Assembly (NCBI GenBank): GCA_964356545.1
Contig: CAYHHX010000001.1
Location: forward strand, 1,918-65,917
Reading direction: 5' to 3'
Source of the DNA: an uncultured Candidatus Saccharibacteria bacterium
GTDB taxonomy: Bacteria; Patescibacteriota; Minisyncoccia; Minisyncoccales; Staskawiczbacteraceae
DNA length: 64,000 nt
Shown piece by piece: positions 21,301-28,632 of this stretch. The translations under genes and the position numbers were made by a program. The number at the start of each line of letters is the position of its first letter. Positions within the stretch are counted from its first letter, which is position 1. Under the pieces are notes generated by a model. The model was not told where the DNA came from. It made no database searches and was given only the letters and a program-made list of their open reading frames with translations.

Positions 21301-21729
21301 GTTGGACATAGCCATGGCGGAAATATTGGAATTCTTGTTAGTCAAAAAACAGAAAGAAAAATAGATAATCTTGTAACTCTTGGTACTCCAGCTAGAAGCG
21401 ATTACCAACCAAATTATGATATGGTGGGACGTCACATAAATGCATACAGTAATGTAGATATGATACAGGGAGGCGGAGGTGGACAAACAAATTTATCTGC
21501 AGTGCTTCTTGGGACTGTTGGTAATGCTTTTGGTATTCCTGGAGCAATTATTGGATATGCGCTTGGTAATATATTAGGCTGGGGAGAATTTGGTTCTGCC
21601 GGTAGAAAATTTAGTGGAGCGGAAAACATTAGTGTAACTAAAGAAGCTGGTCGTTTTAGTCCCTTTAGTTCTCATTCTAATTTATTGCAAAGTAGCGTTT
21701 GGTCAAGGGTTGATAAATTAATTAAGTAG
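15355..21729 (+). CDS. Giant secreted polymorphic toxin: signal peptide, SpvB-like domain, FG-GAP/VCBS-like repeats, RHS/YD repeats, RHS core (DPxGL), and a C-terminal alpha/beta-hydrolase (lipase/esterase-like) toxin domain.
   Basis: Signal peptide 'KKVTAYLLIALFFYFPLESVFA'. SpvB-like 'GMAPKVSLYYNSQ...IVGFGWDLDIPKIER'. Repeated 'DINGDGLxD' / 'DWNGDGKDD' motifs. Numerous YD repeats ('YTYDxxGNL', 'YxYDxLxRL'). RHS core 'RYYNATIGRFISQDP...NSYSYARNNPIIGSDPSGLL'. The C-terminus carries 'IVGHSHGGNI' (a GHSxG nucleophile elbow). ATG 15355 is preferred over the TTG at 15349. Confidence 0.85.
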   Translation: MNKIKNNFHKNKLAFSKKVTAYLLIALFFYFPLESVFAEENISENINKEETSASQLVDSEKNNQEKPLAEKNIIGDTKNNIQQKGERKNNEKEDNTDKKERNKKKKNDSDDEELIQAQAAGSSSGSSNNNQFAFNPAAKIMMPEADTTTGALVYSYPIEVPSGRNGMAPKVSLYYNSQKNDNASIVGFGWDLDIPKIERVNKHGVNKLYDYQDFQSSLSGELVNVSGNDYGAKIENGSFLKYQLNNEIWTTTDKKGTIYKFGSSNSSKIYNLSDTSKIYSWYLDEIIDTNGNFIKYTYIKDNTDNFLYPDKIIYTGNGELSGIFSVEFKKESRPDSYTINNAGFYQKIDERINSIETYIAGNLNRKYDLTYGMGDNGKRSMLEKITESGRDNLGITATLPSFDIAYTEGNIGLADAPSISYPWVTETDSNGNSYTTPFTLADQSIRIIDINGDGLKDIVKSSVAYGQWGAMYPNFWVLKNNGSGWVVDNSWSQPTYSYVNGSGRTISEYFTFSNAIDVGDWNGDGKDDLIKFWVENLGGGANKQHAVVLLNTGAGWTQNTNIETDTPTYMSYNAGIQNLYLYSGSSGSSRFIDLNGDGLIDCINAWNHQINGINYPSFAVLYNDGEDLKWDPTVLQLYFKNSPTSASSPLALTNSIKILDINGDGLVDFMSAHNYQINGIDNPSFWVLINNGHGWDQDFGITHPRYTALDVNDNLQTNYFSSTSGWQVVDINADNLPDFIIFAPLNSGGGTYKKRKTVLINTGKGWIQDDSLINIGDYSYTYNGSTQTNYPSSSDAGSAFLDINGDGLVDIAHPSFYQQQGIYYTINWTLIGSGKIANTLSKITLPEGGSYDIAYKMTSAYRDVLGNLLNSSLLLAYNTVEKIIQNDGNGITHIANYKYEGGHFFYGSAFNKRFAGFSIIYKNDFAGNTTKTYYHTANQSDSNYGEFQDEYWKIGKAYSIEQYDNANHLYTKTINKWDSFDLGGGSKFLKLAQTVNYNFDGDATHRDTAEGYTYDNSNGNVTQKVQWGEVSGQDNGTFTDTGSDKFTTDYAYASNASLSIVGLPSKETITDQNSLKVKESKFYYDLQALGSIIQGNLTKKEDWKVGTAYINNQTTYNSYGLATVSTDPRGKTTKYVYDAHNLYPATVTNAKNQSTNYLYNYALGKMTQKTDPSKRVFQYVYDGLGRLIEEKQPDIATPSTLITKAIYVYTDTPNAVSVKKSSYLDALNFAESYTYFDGLGRKIQERQEAEGTVFAVKDYIYNNLGLITKESLPYFSANLSKTSPTIDSALYINYKYDALGRVVSVTNAVGTTTNMYNDWKLTVIDVGGKSKDLYKNAYGSLVQVDEHNSLDTYSTLYNYNYLGNITKITDALSNIRKFTYDGLGRRLTAEDLHVSSDTSYGIWTYTYDNAGNLTQTLDPNGQKVIYTYDNLNRVLKEDYIGVTGTEATYAYDAGTDGIGKLTNVINSSITKNYTYNALGLLKKETDKFGLTIYITTYSYDRQGNQTTVTNPDNSKVQYIYNTAGLLDQVKRKESIDSAFVSVVNNFDYSPEGKVTIQENYNGTTNTNTYDVAKLYRLTSKVATTANGDRIQDLSYTYDLVGNITKIVDASTTATAKTSDYTYDDLYRLTSVTVTGVAVGQEPYIQTYSYDAIGNIITKSDVVGSYIYDGTIYANPHAVTIIGSATFSYDNNGNLLNSTSGFINTWDYKNRLIQSVKETITNSYGYDAEGQRVKLITADKNTYYPTKSYNITFLNSDTQNPTSITKHIFANSIDIATIEGTGATSQIYYASKDLLNSSSIITDSVGVIAETMDYFPFGGIRIDQKVTGSSFSEQRKFIGQEYDQDTGLNYLNARYYNATIGRFISQDPMFWQLPNELLADPQQLNSYSYARNNPIIGSDPSGLLTVIVPGTSYNSKDWSSSGSMSNFISSVGKTFNETHQTSVINDKSNWSGGDNSNARQKAAEHITGFIKDYKFADGEQLNIVGHSHGGNIGILVSQKTERKIDNLVTLGTPARSDYQPNYDMVGRHINAYSNVDMIQGGGGGQTNLSAVLLGTVGNAFGIPGAIIGYALGNILGWGEFGSAGRKFSGAENISVTKEAGRFSPFSSHSNLLQSSVWSRVDKLIK

Positions 21730-21741
21730 TTCAATAAAAGT

Positions 21742-22020
21742 ATGAAATTTAGGTTTATAATAATTTTAATTTTTTCCTTCATATCCATATTTCTTGTTAG
21801 CGACTTGATTAAGGTTGCAAATTCATACGAAATTTCTCTTGGTTACTTCCTATTTGTAGTGCCTGTCAATGCTATTTTAATAGTCATATCTTTTATTGCT
21901 AAGAGAGAGGATATAGGTTGGGAGAAAAAAATAGCGGTTTTAGGAATTGTTGTTGCCTTTGTCAGTTTGCTATTAGGTGGTCTTACAACAGCATATCGTT
22001 TAATTAGTTATTATTTATAA
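21742..22020 (+). CDS. Small multi-pass membrane protein, a candidate immunity protein for the RHS toxin.
   Basis: 92 aa with three hydrophobic helices. It starts 13 nt after the toxin stop, which is the classic toxin-immunity placement. Confidence 0.45.
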   Translation: MKFRFIIILIFSFISIFLVSDLIKVANSYEISLGYFLFVVPVNAILIVISFIAKREDIGWEKKIAVLGIVVAFVSLLLGGLTTAYRLISYYL

Positions 22021-22032
22021 TGTTGCTTCAAG

Positions 22033-22072
22033 GGGGAAATAGGTACAGCCACTATTCTTTGTGATATGATAT
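22033..22072. repeat. REP element with a 3' extension 'tttgtgatatgatat', placed immediately 5' of the RAYT genes.
   Basis: 'gggggaaataggtacagccactattctttgtgatatgatatca'. The same extension follows the REP at 37693-37733. Confidence 0.6.
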
Positions 22073-22081
22073 CATAGTTCT

Positions 22082-22390
22082 ATGCCGAGGGTTCATAGAG
22101 TTGATATTAAAGAAGAGATATACCATATCATCAATCGCGCCAACGCACGGTTGCCGATTTTTTTTAACGAAGAAGATTATGTGCTATTTGAATTGATATT
22201 TGAGCAGGCGAAAGAAAGATTTGATATGCGTATCTTAGCATATTGCTTAATGCCAAATCATTTTCACTTGGTGTTGTGGCCAAAAGAAGATGACGACCTC
22301 CAAAAATTTATGCAATGGATTACCTTAACCCACACCCAGCGTTGTAAATGGGGTCAGCCACCATTTAATAATAAGTATGGTATACTGTAA
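22082..22390 (+). pseudogene. Truncated IS200/IS605-like HuH tyrosine transposase (RAYT, 5' fragment), cut by a REP insertion.
   Basis: Shares 'IYHIINRANARLPIF...YCLMPNHFHLVLWPKEDDDLQKFMQW' with the intact downstream copy but stops after 102 aa. The disrupted codons run through the REP 'aaatggggtcagccaccattt' (22346-22366). Confidence 0.65.
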
Positions 22391-22392
22391 GT

Positions 22393-23067
22393 ATGCCAAG
22401 AACAACAAGAACAGATGTTGCGCAAGAAATATACCATGTATTGAACAGAGCTAATGCCAGAGTGCAGATTTTTGATGACGATAAAGATTATCTAGATTTC
22501 GAAAAAATATTACAAGAAGCAGTAGAAAAGTTTAATATGGGGCTATTGGCGTATTGTATTATGCCGAACCACTGGCATTTAGTCCTGCATCCAAAACAAG
22601 ACGGCGATCTTGCTAAATTCATGGGATGGCTTTCAAATACCCATACGCGAAGATGGCATACCCAAAAGGGAACCATTGGACAAGGACATCTTTATCAGGG
22701 AAGATACAAGTCATTTTTATGCCAGCAAGATGATCATTTTATTACATTAGTTTTATATGTTGAGCGCAATGCAAAAAAGGCTGACTTGTGTAAGTTAGCT
22801 CAGGATTGGAAGTGGTCTAGCATTTGGCGAAGGGAGAGTGGATTGGCAGAGCAGACTGCGATTTTAGAGAAATGGCCGATTGATATGCCAAAAAATTATT
22901 TATCACTAGTTAATCAAAATCAAGACGCGAACGAAGAAGAAAGAATTGAAAAAGCCATTGATAAAAGTAATCCATATGGAGATACTCATTGGATTCAGAA
23001 AGTAGTTAAAAAGTTTGGTCTTGAGCAAACATTAAGAAGGGTGGGGAGGCCAAAGAATGGTGGCTGA
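22393..23067 (+). mobile_element. REP-associated tyrosine transposase (RAYT, IS200-like Y1 HuH transposase), apparently intact.
   Basis: HuH motif 'MPNHWHLVLHP' and catalytic-Tyr region 'GHLYQGRYKSF'. Its 3' end abuts the REP 'gaatggtggctgaccctaatttcc' (23056-23078). REPs of the same family are spread through the window. Confidence 0.75.
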
Positions 23068-23078
23068 CCCTAATTTCC
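23056..23078. repeat. REP element (reverse orientation) at the 3' end of the RAYT gene.
   Basis: 'aatggtggctgaccctaatttcc'. Confidence 0.6.
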
Positions 23079-23338
23079 ATAACGATTTCATCGATGAAAC
23101 TATTTTTTACTTTTTCCCGATAATTTTTACTACTGTGGTTTCAGTATATTTTTTTACCAAAAAGAAAAAAACCATTGTTGTATTAATGATTATTGCTGGA
23201 GTGCTTTATTATTTATGGATATTATTTGGGGTTCTTTGGACGGCAGGAGAAGGTTGTTTCCCTTTATTTTATGGATTAATAAAACCTTCTTGCTAACTAA
23301 GAAAAGAAACAGAGGGAAGTATTAGTGCATTATCTTCT

Positions 23339-23677
23339 ATGGTCCAAAATGTCAAAGATAAAGTAAATTCATTTTTTTTGAAAAAAAATAACATGAAAAA
23401 ACTATTTATTTTTAGTGTTGGATTAGTTTTAGGTTTCTTCTTTGAGTTTTTGAACCTTACAGAATTTTATAGTATTTTTTTACCAAAAAACTATGTAAAT
23501 GCTAATTCTTCATTATTTCTTTTTGTATATCCATTATTAATCATAATAGTAATTGTTGCTTTTATGATATTTATAAAAAATTATCCTTGGATGTGGTTAA
23601 TGATTGGATTTTTTAGCGGTTTTTTATTATGTATCATGGGTTTTATGGCTCTATTAGGTCTAGGCGGAGGAGTTTGA
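23339..23677 (+). CDS. Hypothetical membrane protein.
   Basis: Hydrophobic helices ('LFIFSVGLVLGFFFEFL', 'LLIIIVIVAFMIFI', 'MWLMIGFFSGFLLCIMGFMALLGLG'). The start could instead be the Met at ~23393. Confidence 0.35.
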   Translation: MVQNVKDKVNSFFLKKNNMKKLFIFSVGLVLGFFFEFLNLTEFYSIFLPKNYVNANSSLFLFVYPLLIIIVIVAFMIFIKNYPWMWLMIGFFSGFLLCIMGFMALLGLGGGV

Positions 23678-23713
23678 TAAAATTAATTGATAAATAAATA
23701 ATAAATTAAAGTT

Positions 23714-24397
23714 ATGAAAAAATATGTATATAGTTTGTTAGGGTTAATTGTTTTATTTAGTTTTTTAATTACAGCCTTACCAATAGAAGCAGCTAAAAAT
23801 CAAAAACTAAAATCAGTTATTAGAGACAACTTTAATAAATACACAAACGGCAGCATTGTTGGGCAAGACGGATGGTTTAATAGAGCAAATGGGTTGCCTT
23901 ATGTTGTTCAAAATATTGTGGTAAAAAAAGGTAAAAAAGCTCTTTATAATAACAATACGGGAGCGGACAGTGTTATTACTAAAACCAGCAGCACTGCGTT
24001 GCCAAATGGCAAGCAATCCTTTTGGATTAGAACAGAAAATAGGTCTGGTTGGGGAAATTACAATATAGGCGAAAATTTCCAATTAGGTCTTTTCCAAGGC
24101 TCTTGGGATGGGTCATCAAGAGCAACACTTGCTTTTATGAAGGATGGGTATGTAGCTATTCTTGATACAGCTACTGACAAGTATGTTAATTTTGACACCT
24201 ACACTGATAATCGTTGGACGTTGATTCAAGCAGAATGGCGTATGTCAGATAAAACAATAAGGTGGCGAGTAAATGAAAGGGTATGGACTAATTGGACACC
24301 TTTTGTAGGCAGCACCTCCTTTACTGGTTTTGACACAGTAGGATTTGTTACTTTTTATCTTGGTTCTGGTGGGGTTTATATTGATGACTTACGTTAA
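23714..24397 (+). CDS. Secreted hypothetical protein (signal peptide plus a likely beta-rich domain).
   Basis: Signal peptide 'MKKYVYSLLGLIVLFSFLITALPIEAAK'. W/G/T-rich mature region. Followed by a REP and a terminator. Confidence 0.5.
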   Translation: MKKYVYSLLGLIVLFSFLITALPIEAAKNQKLKSVIRDNFNKYTNGSIVGQDGWFNRANGLPYVVQNIVVKKGKKALYNNNTGADSVITKTSSTALPNGKQSFWIRTENRSGWGNYNIGENFQLGLFQGSWDGSSRATLAFMKDGYVAILDTATDKYVNFDTYTDNRWTLIQAEWRMSDKTIRWRVNERVWTNWTPFVGSTSFTGFDTVGFVTFYLGSGGVYIDDLR

Positions 24398-24424
24398 AAA
24401 CAATTAGGTGGACTTTTATAAATT

Positions 24425-24456
24425 GGGGAAATGGAAATGATGACAACCACCATTTT
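24425..24456. repeat. REP element (forward orientation).
   Basis: 'ggggaaatggaaatgatgacaaccaccatttt'. Confidence 0.6.
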
Positions 24457-24463
24457 CTTTTTG

Positions 24464-24492
24464 AAACCATCTTTTAATCAAGATGGTTTTTA
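24464..24492 (+). terminator. Intrinsic terminator.
   Basis: 'aaccatcttttaatcaagatggttttt'. Confidence 0.6.
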
Positions 24493-24560
24493 GTTGGATA
24501 GCTTTTTTAAATATTTTTTGCTATAATGAATCAATATAATTAATTAATTAAATAAATTTT

Positions 24561-24773
24561 ATGAAAAAATTTACTTGTAAAGAAATGGGCGGGCCGTGCG
24601 ACATGGAATTTGAAGGAGAAACCATGATGGAAGTTGCCGGTAAAGGAGGGAAGCATATAGAAACCACTACCGATGAAGATCATAAACCAATGAGAGATCA
24701 AATGGCTAATGGAACAGAAGAAGGAAAGGAAGAATGGTTTACTTGGTTTAAAGGTTTGTGGGATGCGAAATAA
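24561..24773 (+). CDS. Small DUF1059-like protein.
   Basis: 'MKKFTCKEMGGPCDMEFEGETMMEV...' resembles the DUF1059 small-protein family. Followed by the terminator 'aagccaccttttaagcaaggtggctttttttt' (24788-24819). Confidence 0.4.
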   Translation: MKKFTCKEMGGPCDMEFEGETMMEVAGKGGKHIETTTDEDHKPMRDQMANGTEEGKEEWFTWFKGLWDAK

Positions 24774-24920
24774 ATTAATAATATCAAAGCCACCTTTTAA
24801 GCAAGGTGGCTTTTTTTTAAATAATGATGTAGGGTAATAGCTTTTTGAATTTTTTTTTGATATAATTCAAAATGAACTACTTAATTGGGTGGAATAATAA
24901 ATTATTTCTCTCTTATTATT

Positions 24921-25433
24921 ATGAAAATTTATATTGCAACTGATCATCGGGGCTATGTGTTAAAAGAAAAGATAAAACAGTGGCTATTGGAGTGGAATTA
25001 CGAATGCGAAGATTTTGGAGCTCACAAATTGGATTTAAAAGATGATTACCCCGATTTTATTTCATTGGCCGCGCAGGCCGTTTCAAAAAACCCAGAAAAT
25101 TCCAGAGGGATTATTTTAGGGGGTTCTGGCCAAGGAGAGGCCATAGTAGCTAATAAGTATAAAGGAGTTAGAGCGATTGTGTATTACGGCGGTCCAGAAG
25201 ACATTATTAAACTATCAAGAGAACACAATAATGCCAATGTTCTTTCTTTGGGAGTCTTTTTTTTGGATGAAGAAAATACTAAAAATGTGGTAAGACTTTG
25301 GCTAGAAACGCCATTTAGTGGCGACGAAAGGCATGTGCGTCGTATTAATAAAATAAGCGCTATTGGAGTACGGGATTCGAACATGAATCAGATTGAGAAG
25401 TCCAAAAATGAGATAATTTCACAGGATTTTTGA
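24921..25433 (+). CDS. rpiB: Ribose-5-phosphate isomerase B (RpiB/LacAB family).
   Basis: 'MKIYIATDHRGYVLKEKI...GIILGGSGQGEAIVANKYKGVRA'. Start at the Met at 24921. Terminator hairpin 'ggcgatgccaattggcatcgcc' follows. Confidence 0.8.
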   Translation: MKIYIATDHRGYVLKEKIKQWLLEWNYECEDFGAHKLDLKDDYPDFISLAAQAVSKNPENSRGIILGGSGQGEAIVANKYKGVRAIVYYGGPEDIIKLSREHNNANVLSLGVFFLDEENTKNVVRLWLETPFSGDERHVRRINKISAIGVRDSNMNQIEKSKNEIISQDF

Positions 25434-25649
25434 GAAGGCGATGCCAATTGGCATCGCCGACGATAAAATCCAAAGAAATTAGCCATTTTTAGGCTTCCCT
25501 GCGGGTACTCGTATATTGCTTATCTTCTGCGTTTTCGGAGCTCAACGATGCGTAAAGCATCGTTTTACTCCTCAATCCTTGAATATAAACAATATACGAG
25601 TACTCAATTGATTCTGTTCGAATCCCGTACTCCTAAAACAATCATAGTA

Positions 25650-26288
25650 ATGAAAAAAATTATTCCGGCTATTTTAACAAAAGATATCGCAGAATTACAA
25701 AGTAAACTTGCGCAAATACAAAAACTTACCGATTGGGCGCAGATTGATATCATGGATGGAAAGTTTGTCCAAAATACTTCAATTAGTTTAGAAAATGTTT
25801 CTTTGATAAAGATTCCCAATGGTGTTTTTTTAGAGGCGCACTTGATGGTTGAAAATCCGGTAAGTTATTTTTTGCAGTGCCAACAAGCTAACATAAAAAG
25901 AGTTGTTTTTCATATTGAAGCGGATAGCGACATTAAAAATATTTTATTTAAAGCTAAAAGTTTTGATTTTCAAAAAGGATTTGCTTTAAATCCGGAAACA
26001 CCGGTAGAAAAAATTATTCCGTATATTAATAATGTAGATGTGGTTCTTTTAATGTCGGTGAATCCGGGGTTTGGTGGTCAAGAATTTATTTTAAATACAT
26101 TAGATAAAATTCGGGCATTAAAAAAAGTAGCGCCACACTTAAAAATTGAAGTTGATGGGGGAATTAATATTGATAACATTAAAGAAATAAGTGATGCCGG
26201 CGCAGATTATTTTGTGGTAGGAAGCGGTTTATTTGAAGCGAAAGACAGTAGAAAACAGTTTGAAAATTTACAAATGCAAATAAAATAG
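25650..26288 (+). CDS. rpe: Ribulose-phosphate 3-epimerase.
   Basis: 'IDIMDGKFVQN', 'HLMVENP', 'VLLMSVNPGFGGQEF' and 'VDGGINIDN'. Start taken at Met 25650 (MKKIIPAIL). Confidence 0.85.
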   Translation: MKKIIPAILTKDIAELQSKLAQIQKLTDWAQIDIMDGKFVQNTSISLENVSLIKIPNGVFLEAHLMVENPVSYFLQCQQANIKRVVFHIEADSDIKNILFKAKSFDFQKGFALNPETPVEKIIPYINNVDVVLLMSVNPGFGGQEFILNTLDKIRALKKVAPHLKIEVDGGINIDNIKEISDAGADYFVVGSGLFEAKDSRKQFENLQMQIK

Positions 26289-26298
26289 AAAAAACAAA

Positions 26299-26754
26299 AT
26301 GCAAGAATTAATTAAAAAATTTGACATTTTAGTGATAAGTCGCCTTAAAGAGCTAGAGGTTCCTATTGACCGAATTGCAATTTTTACCGTTTACTTTTGG
26401 TTTGGAATCCTTAAAATTATTGGAGTTAGTCCAGCTACTCCTTTGGTTCAAGCTCTTTTTGAAAAAACCATCACCTTTATGCCGTTTGCCACTTTTTATA
26501 TAGTATTTTCTTTTTTTGAAATTGCTATTGGAATTCTTTTTCTCACCCGGGGACTAGAGCGTTTAGCTATTTTTTTGCTTGGATTACACCTTATTACCAC
26601 TATATTGCCATTTATTTTTGTGCCACAGCTTACTTGGCAGGGATTTTTAGTGCCGACTCTTGAGGGTCAATATATTATAAAAAATATTTTGATTATTGCC
26701 TCTGCGGTTGTTGTTGGCTCAAAGTTAGTGCCAATGAAATCAATAGTAAAATAA
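26299..26754 (+). CDS. DUF417/DoxX-like small inner-membrane protein.
   Basis: Four predicted TM helices. The architecture resembles the YkgB/DUF417 family. Followed by the bidirectional terminator 'aaaacgagtataataactcgtttttttt' (26764-26797). Confidence 0.35.
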   Translation: MQELIKKFDILVISRLKELEVPIDRIAIFTVYFWFGILKIIGVSPATPLVQALFEKTITFMPFATFYIVFSFFEIAIGILFLTRGLERLAIFLLGLHLITTILPFIFVPQLTWQGFLVPTLEGQYIIKNILIIASAVVVGSKLVPMKSIVK

Positions 26755-26810
26755 AATTTAAAATAAAAAAAACGAGTATAATAACTCGTTTTTTTTATTT
26801 ATTAGGATTA

Positions 26811-28484
26811 CTATGCCTTTTGCGTGTTTATATGATTTTCTGCGTATTCAAATGTACCACCAACTTTTTTGCCTGGATTAAAAATGTTCAATGGATCAAA
26901 AATTTGCTTGGTTTTAGCAAATAAATCACATACTTTTTGGCCATACATTTGCAGTAAAAAAGGAGTGCGAATAATACCATCGTTATGCTCTGATGTTATA
27001 GTGCCATTAAATTTTATAATAAGACCGTATATTTCTTTTGAAAGCGTCATAATTATTTTTTTTGATTTTGGATTAGTAAGGTCCATCAATGGAATAATGT
27101 GAAAATTACCGTCGCCCAAATGGCCCGCAATAGTATATATAAGCTTGTATCGATTTAAAATTTCGTAAAGTTTTGGAAGGAATTCTGGCAAGTAGTCGGC
27201 CCTAACTGAAAAGTCATCAATAAAAGGGGCAGTTCTTAACTTTCTCACATGCTTTCTTAATAAACTAAAACTTTCTCTTCTTATTACCCAAAATTCTTCC
27301 GTTTCTTCGTCGCTTTGAGAAACGCGCATTTTAATTTTATTTCCCAGAGCTTTATGCAGAGCTTCTTTGGCATTTTGCGCAGTTTTATCTGCTTCTTCTG
27401 CTGTATCTGCGGTAAACTCTGCCAGTAAAACTAATTTTGGGATTCCACCAGTAATAATAAGCCAAAGTTCAGGCAGTGTTTTTAATATAATTTTTATCAT
27501 ACTGGATTTAACTCGATGCAAGATTTCTGGGAAAAATCTAATGGCAAGTTTAAATGTGTTGTCGTCGTAGGTTTCAAGGCTTCCGGGATTGAAAGGTAGA
27601 ATAATGCTACTTAATTTTGAAACCAAAGATAGGTCTTTTATAAATACAATAAGTAATTTTGAATATTTTTGAGGATGAATAAGATTAAGTTTTACTTTTG
27701 TCATAAAACCCAATGTTCCTTGCGCTCCAACAATAAGCTTTGCTATATTAAATGTACGGGCTTGTTTATCGTAAACGTCCCACAAAGAGTATCCAGCCGA
27801 ATTTTTAGTAACATTTGGCTTAGCTGTTTTAACAAGGTCATAATTATCGTTGATTAACTTAAACATTTCTTTGTATATTTGCCCTTCGAAATTTTCTAAA
27901 GCCATTTTTTCTTGCAACTGAGTTTCTGTAATTTTTGAAAATTCATATTCATTTCCGTCTGCTAATACCATAGTTAGCGATTCAACATATCGCTCGGTTT
28001 TGCCATAGCGCAAGGTTTTTTCTCCACCAGAGTTATTATTAACAATGCCTCCCATAGCGCAAAGTTCGCGCGAAGCCGGATAACTTGGTAAGATAAGATT
28101 TTTAGTTAAAGTTTGTTTTTCAAAATCTCTGTAATACATTCCCGGTTCTACGATAGCGTAGTCGTCTCCTAGTTCTAATAAATGGTTAAAGTATTTGGTA
28201 AATTCCACCACGATGCTTTCGGTGAGTGGTCCGCCAGTCATGTCGGTTCCGGCTGAACGGGCAGTAAGCGAAACATTGCGTCCATTCTTTTTTTCTTGTG
28301 CGACAAAACGGATTAATTTTTTAATATCTTCTACATTTTTGGGAAATACCACTAATGCCGGTTTTACAAAAAAAAGACTGGCATCAGTGGAGTATTGTAA
28401 AAGCGTAGCAGGGGAGTCGTCTACATCGCCGTCTATATTAAGATTTTTTATTTCGTCTGATAGCATGGGTTCATTATAATTCAA
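26811..28484 (-). CDS. FAD-linked oxidase (D-lactate dehydrogenase / GlcD-like, PCMH-type FAD-binding).
   Basis: N-terminal FAD_binding_4-like region 'ALVVFPKNVEDIKKLIRFVAQEKKNGRNVSLTARSAGTDMTGG' and a C-terminal FAD-oxidase_C-like region with 'GHLGDGNFH'. Confidence 0.75.
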   Translation of the reverse strand: MNYNEPMLSDEIKNLNIDGDVDDSPATLLQYSTDASLFFVKPALVVFPKNVEDIKKLIRFVAQEKKNGRNVSLTARSAGTDMTGGPLTESIVVEFTKYFNHLLELGDDYAIVEPGMYYRDFEKQTLTKNLILPSYPASRELCAMGGIVNNNSGGEKTLRYGKTERYVESLTMVLADGNEYEFSKITETQLQEKMALENFEGQIYKEMFKLINDNYDLVKTAKPNVTKNSAGYSLWDVYDKQARTFNIAKLIVGAQGTLGFMTKVKLNLIHPQKYSKLLIVFIKDLSLVSKLSSIILPFNPGSLETYDDNTFKLAIRFFPEILHRVKSSMIKIILKTLPELWLIITGGIPKLVLLAEFTADTAEEADKTAQNAKEALHKALGNKIKMRVSQSDEETEEFWVIRRESFSLLRKHVRKLRTAPFIDDFSVRADYLPEFLPKLYEILNRYKLIYTIAGHLGDGNFHIIPLMDLTNPKSKKIIMTLSKEIYGLIIKFNGTITSEHNDGIIRTPFLLQMYGQKVCDLFAKTKQIFDPLNIFNPGKKVGGTFEYAENHINTQKA

Positions 28485-28632
28485 ATGAGGTAAAAGTAAA
28501 AGAAAAGACTATTCTTTTGAACAACCTTTTTATGCAATTATTTATATATTCTTTCACCTGGTCATTTGCGACCTTCTTTATGCGGCGTGTATGTCAAAAT
28601 GCCAGGAAATATAAATAGGCAATATTAATAAA

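Noticed and set aside
23057-23296. 79-aa ORF starting inside the REP at the RAYT 3' end
   Set aside because: The start codon lies within repeat sequence and there is no SD. It is possibly a short membrane peptide from a later Met, but it is unsupported and was not called.
25600-25640. tRNA T-loop-like 'ctgttcgaatcccg' suggesting a tRNA gene upstream of rpe
   Set aside because: No complementary T-stem, acceptor stem or anticodon arm can be built around it. It lies within the 14-bp inverted-repeat element.
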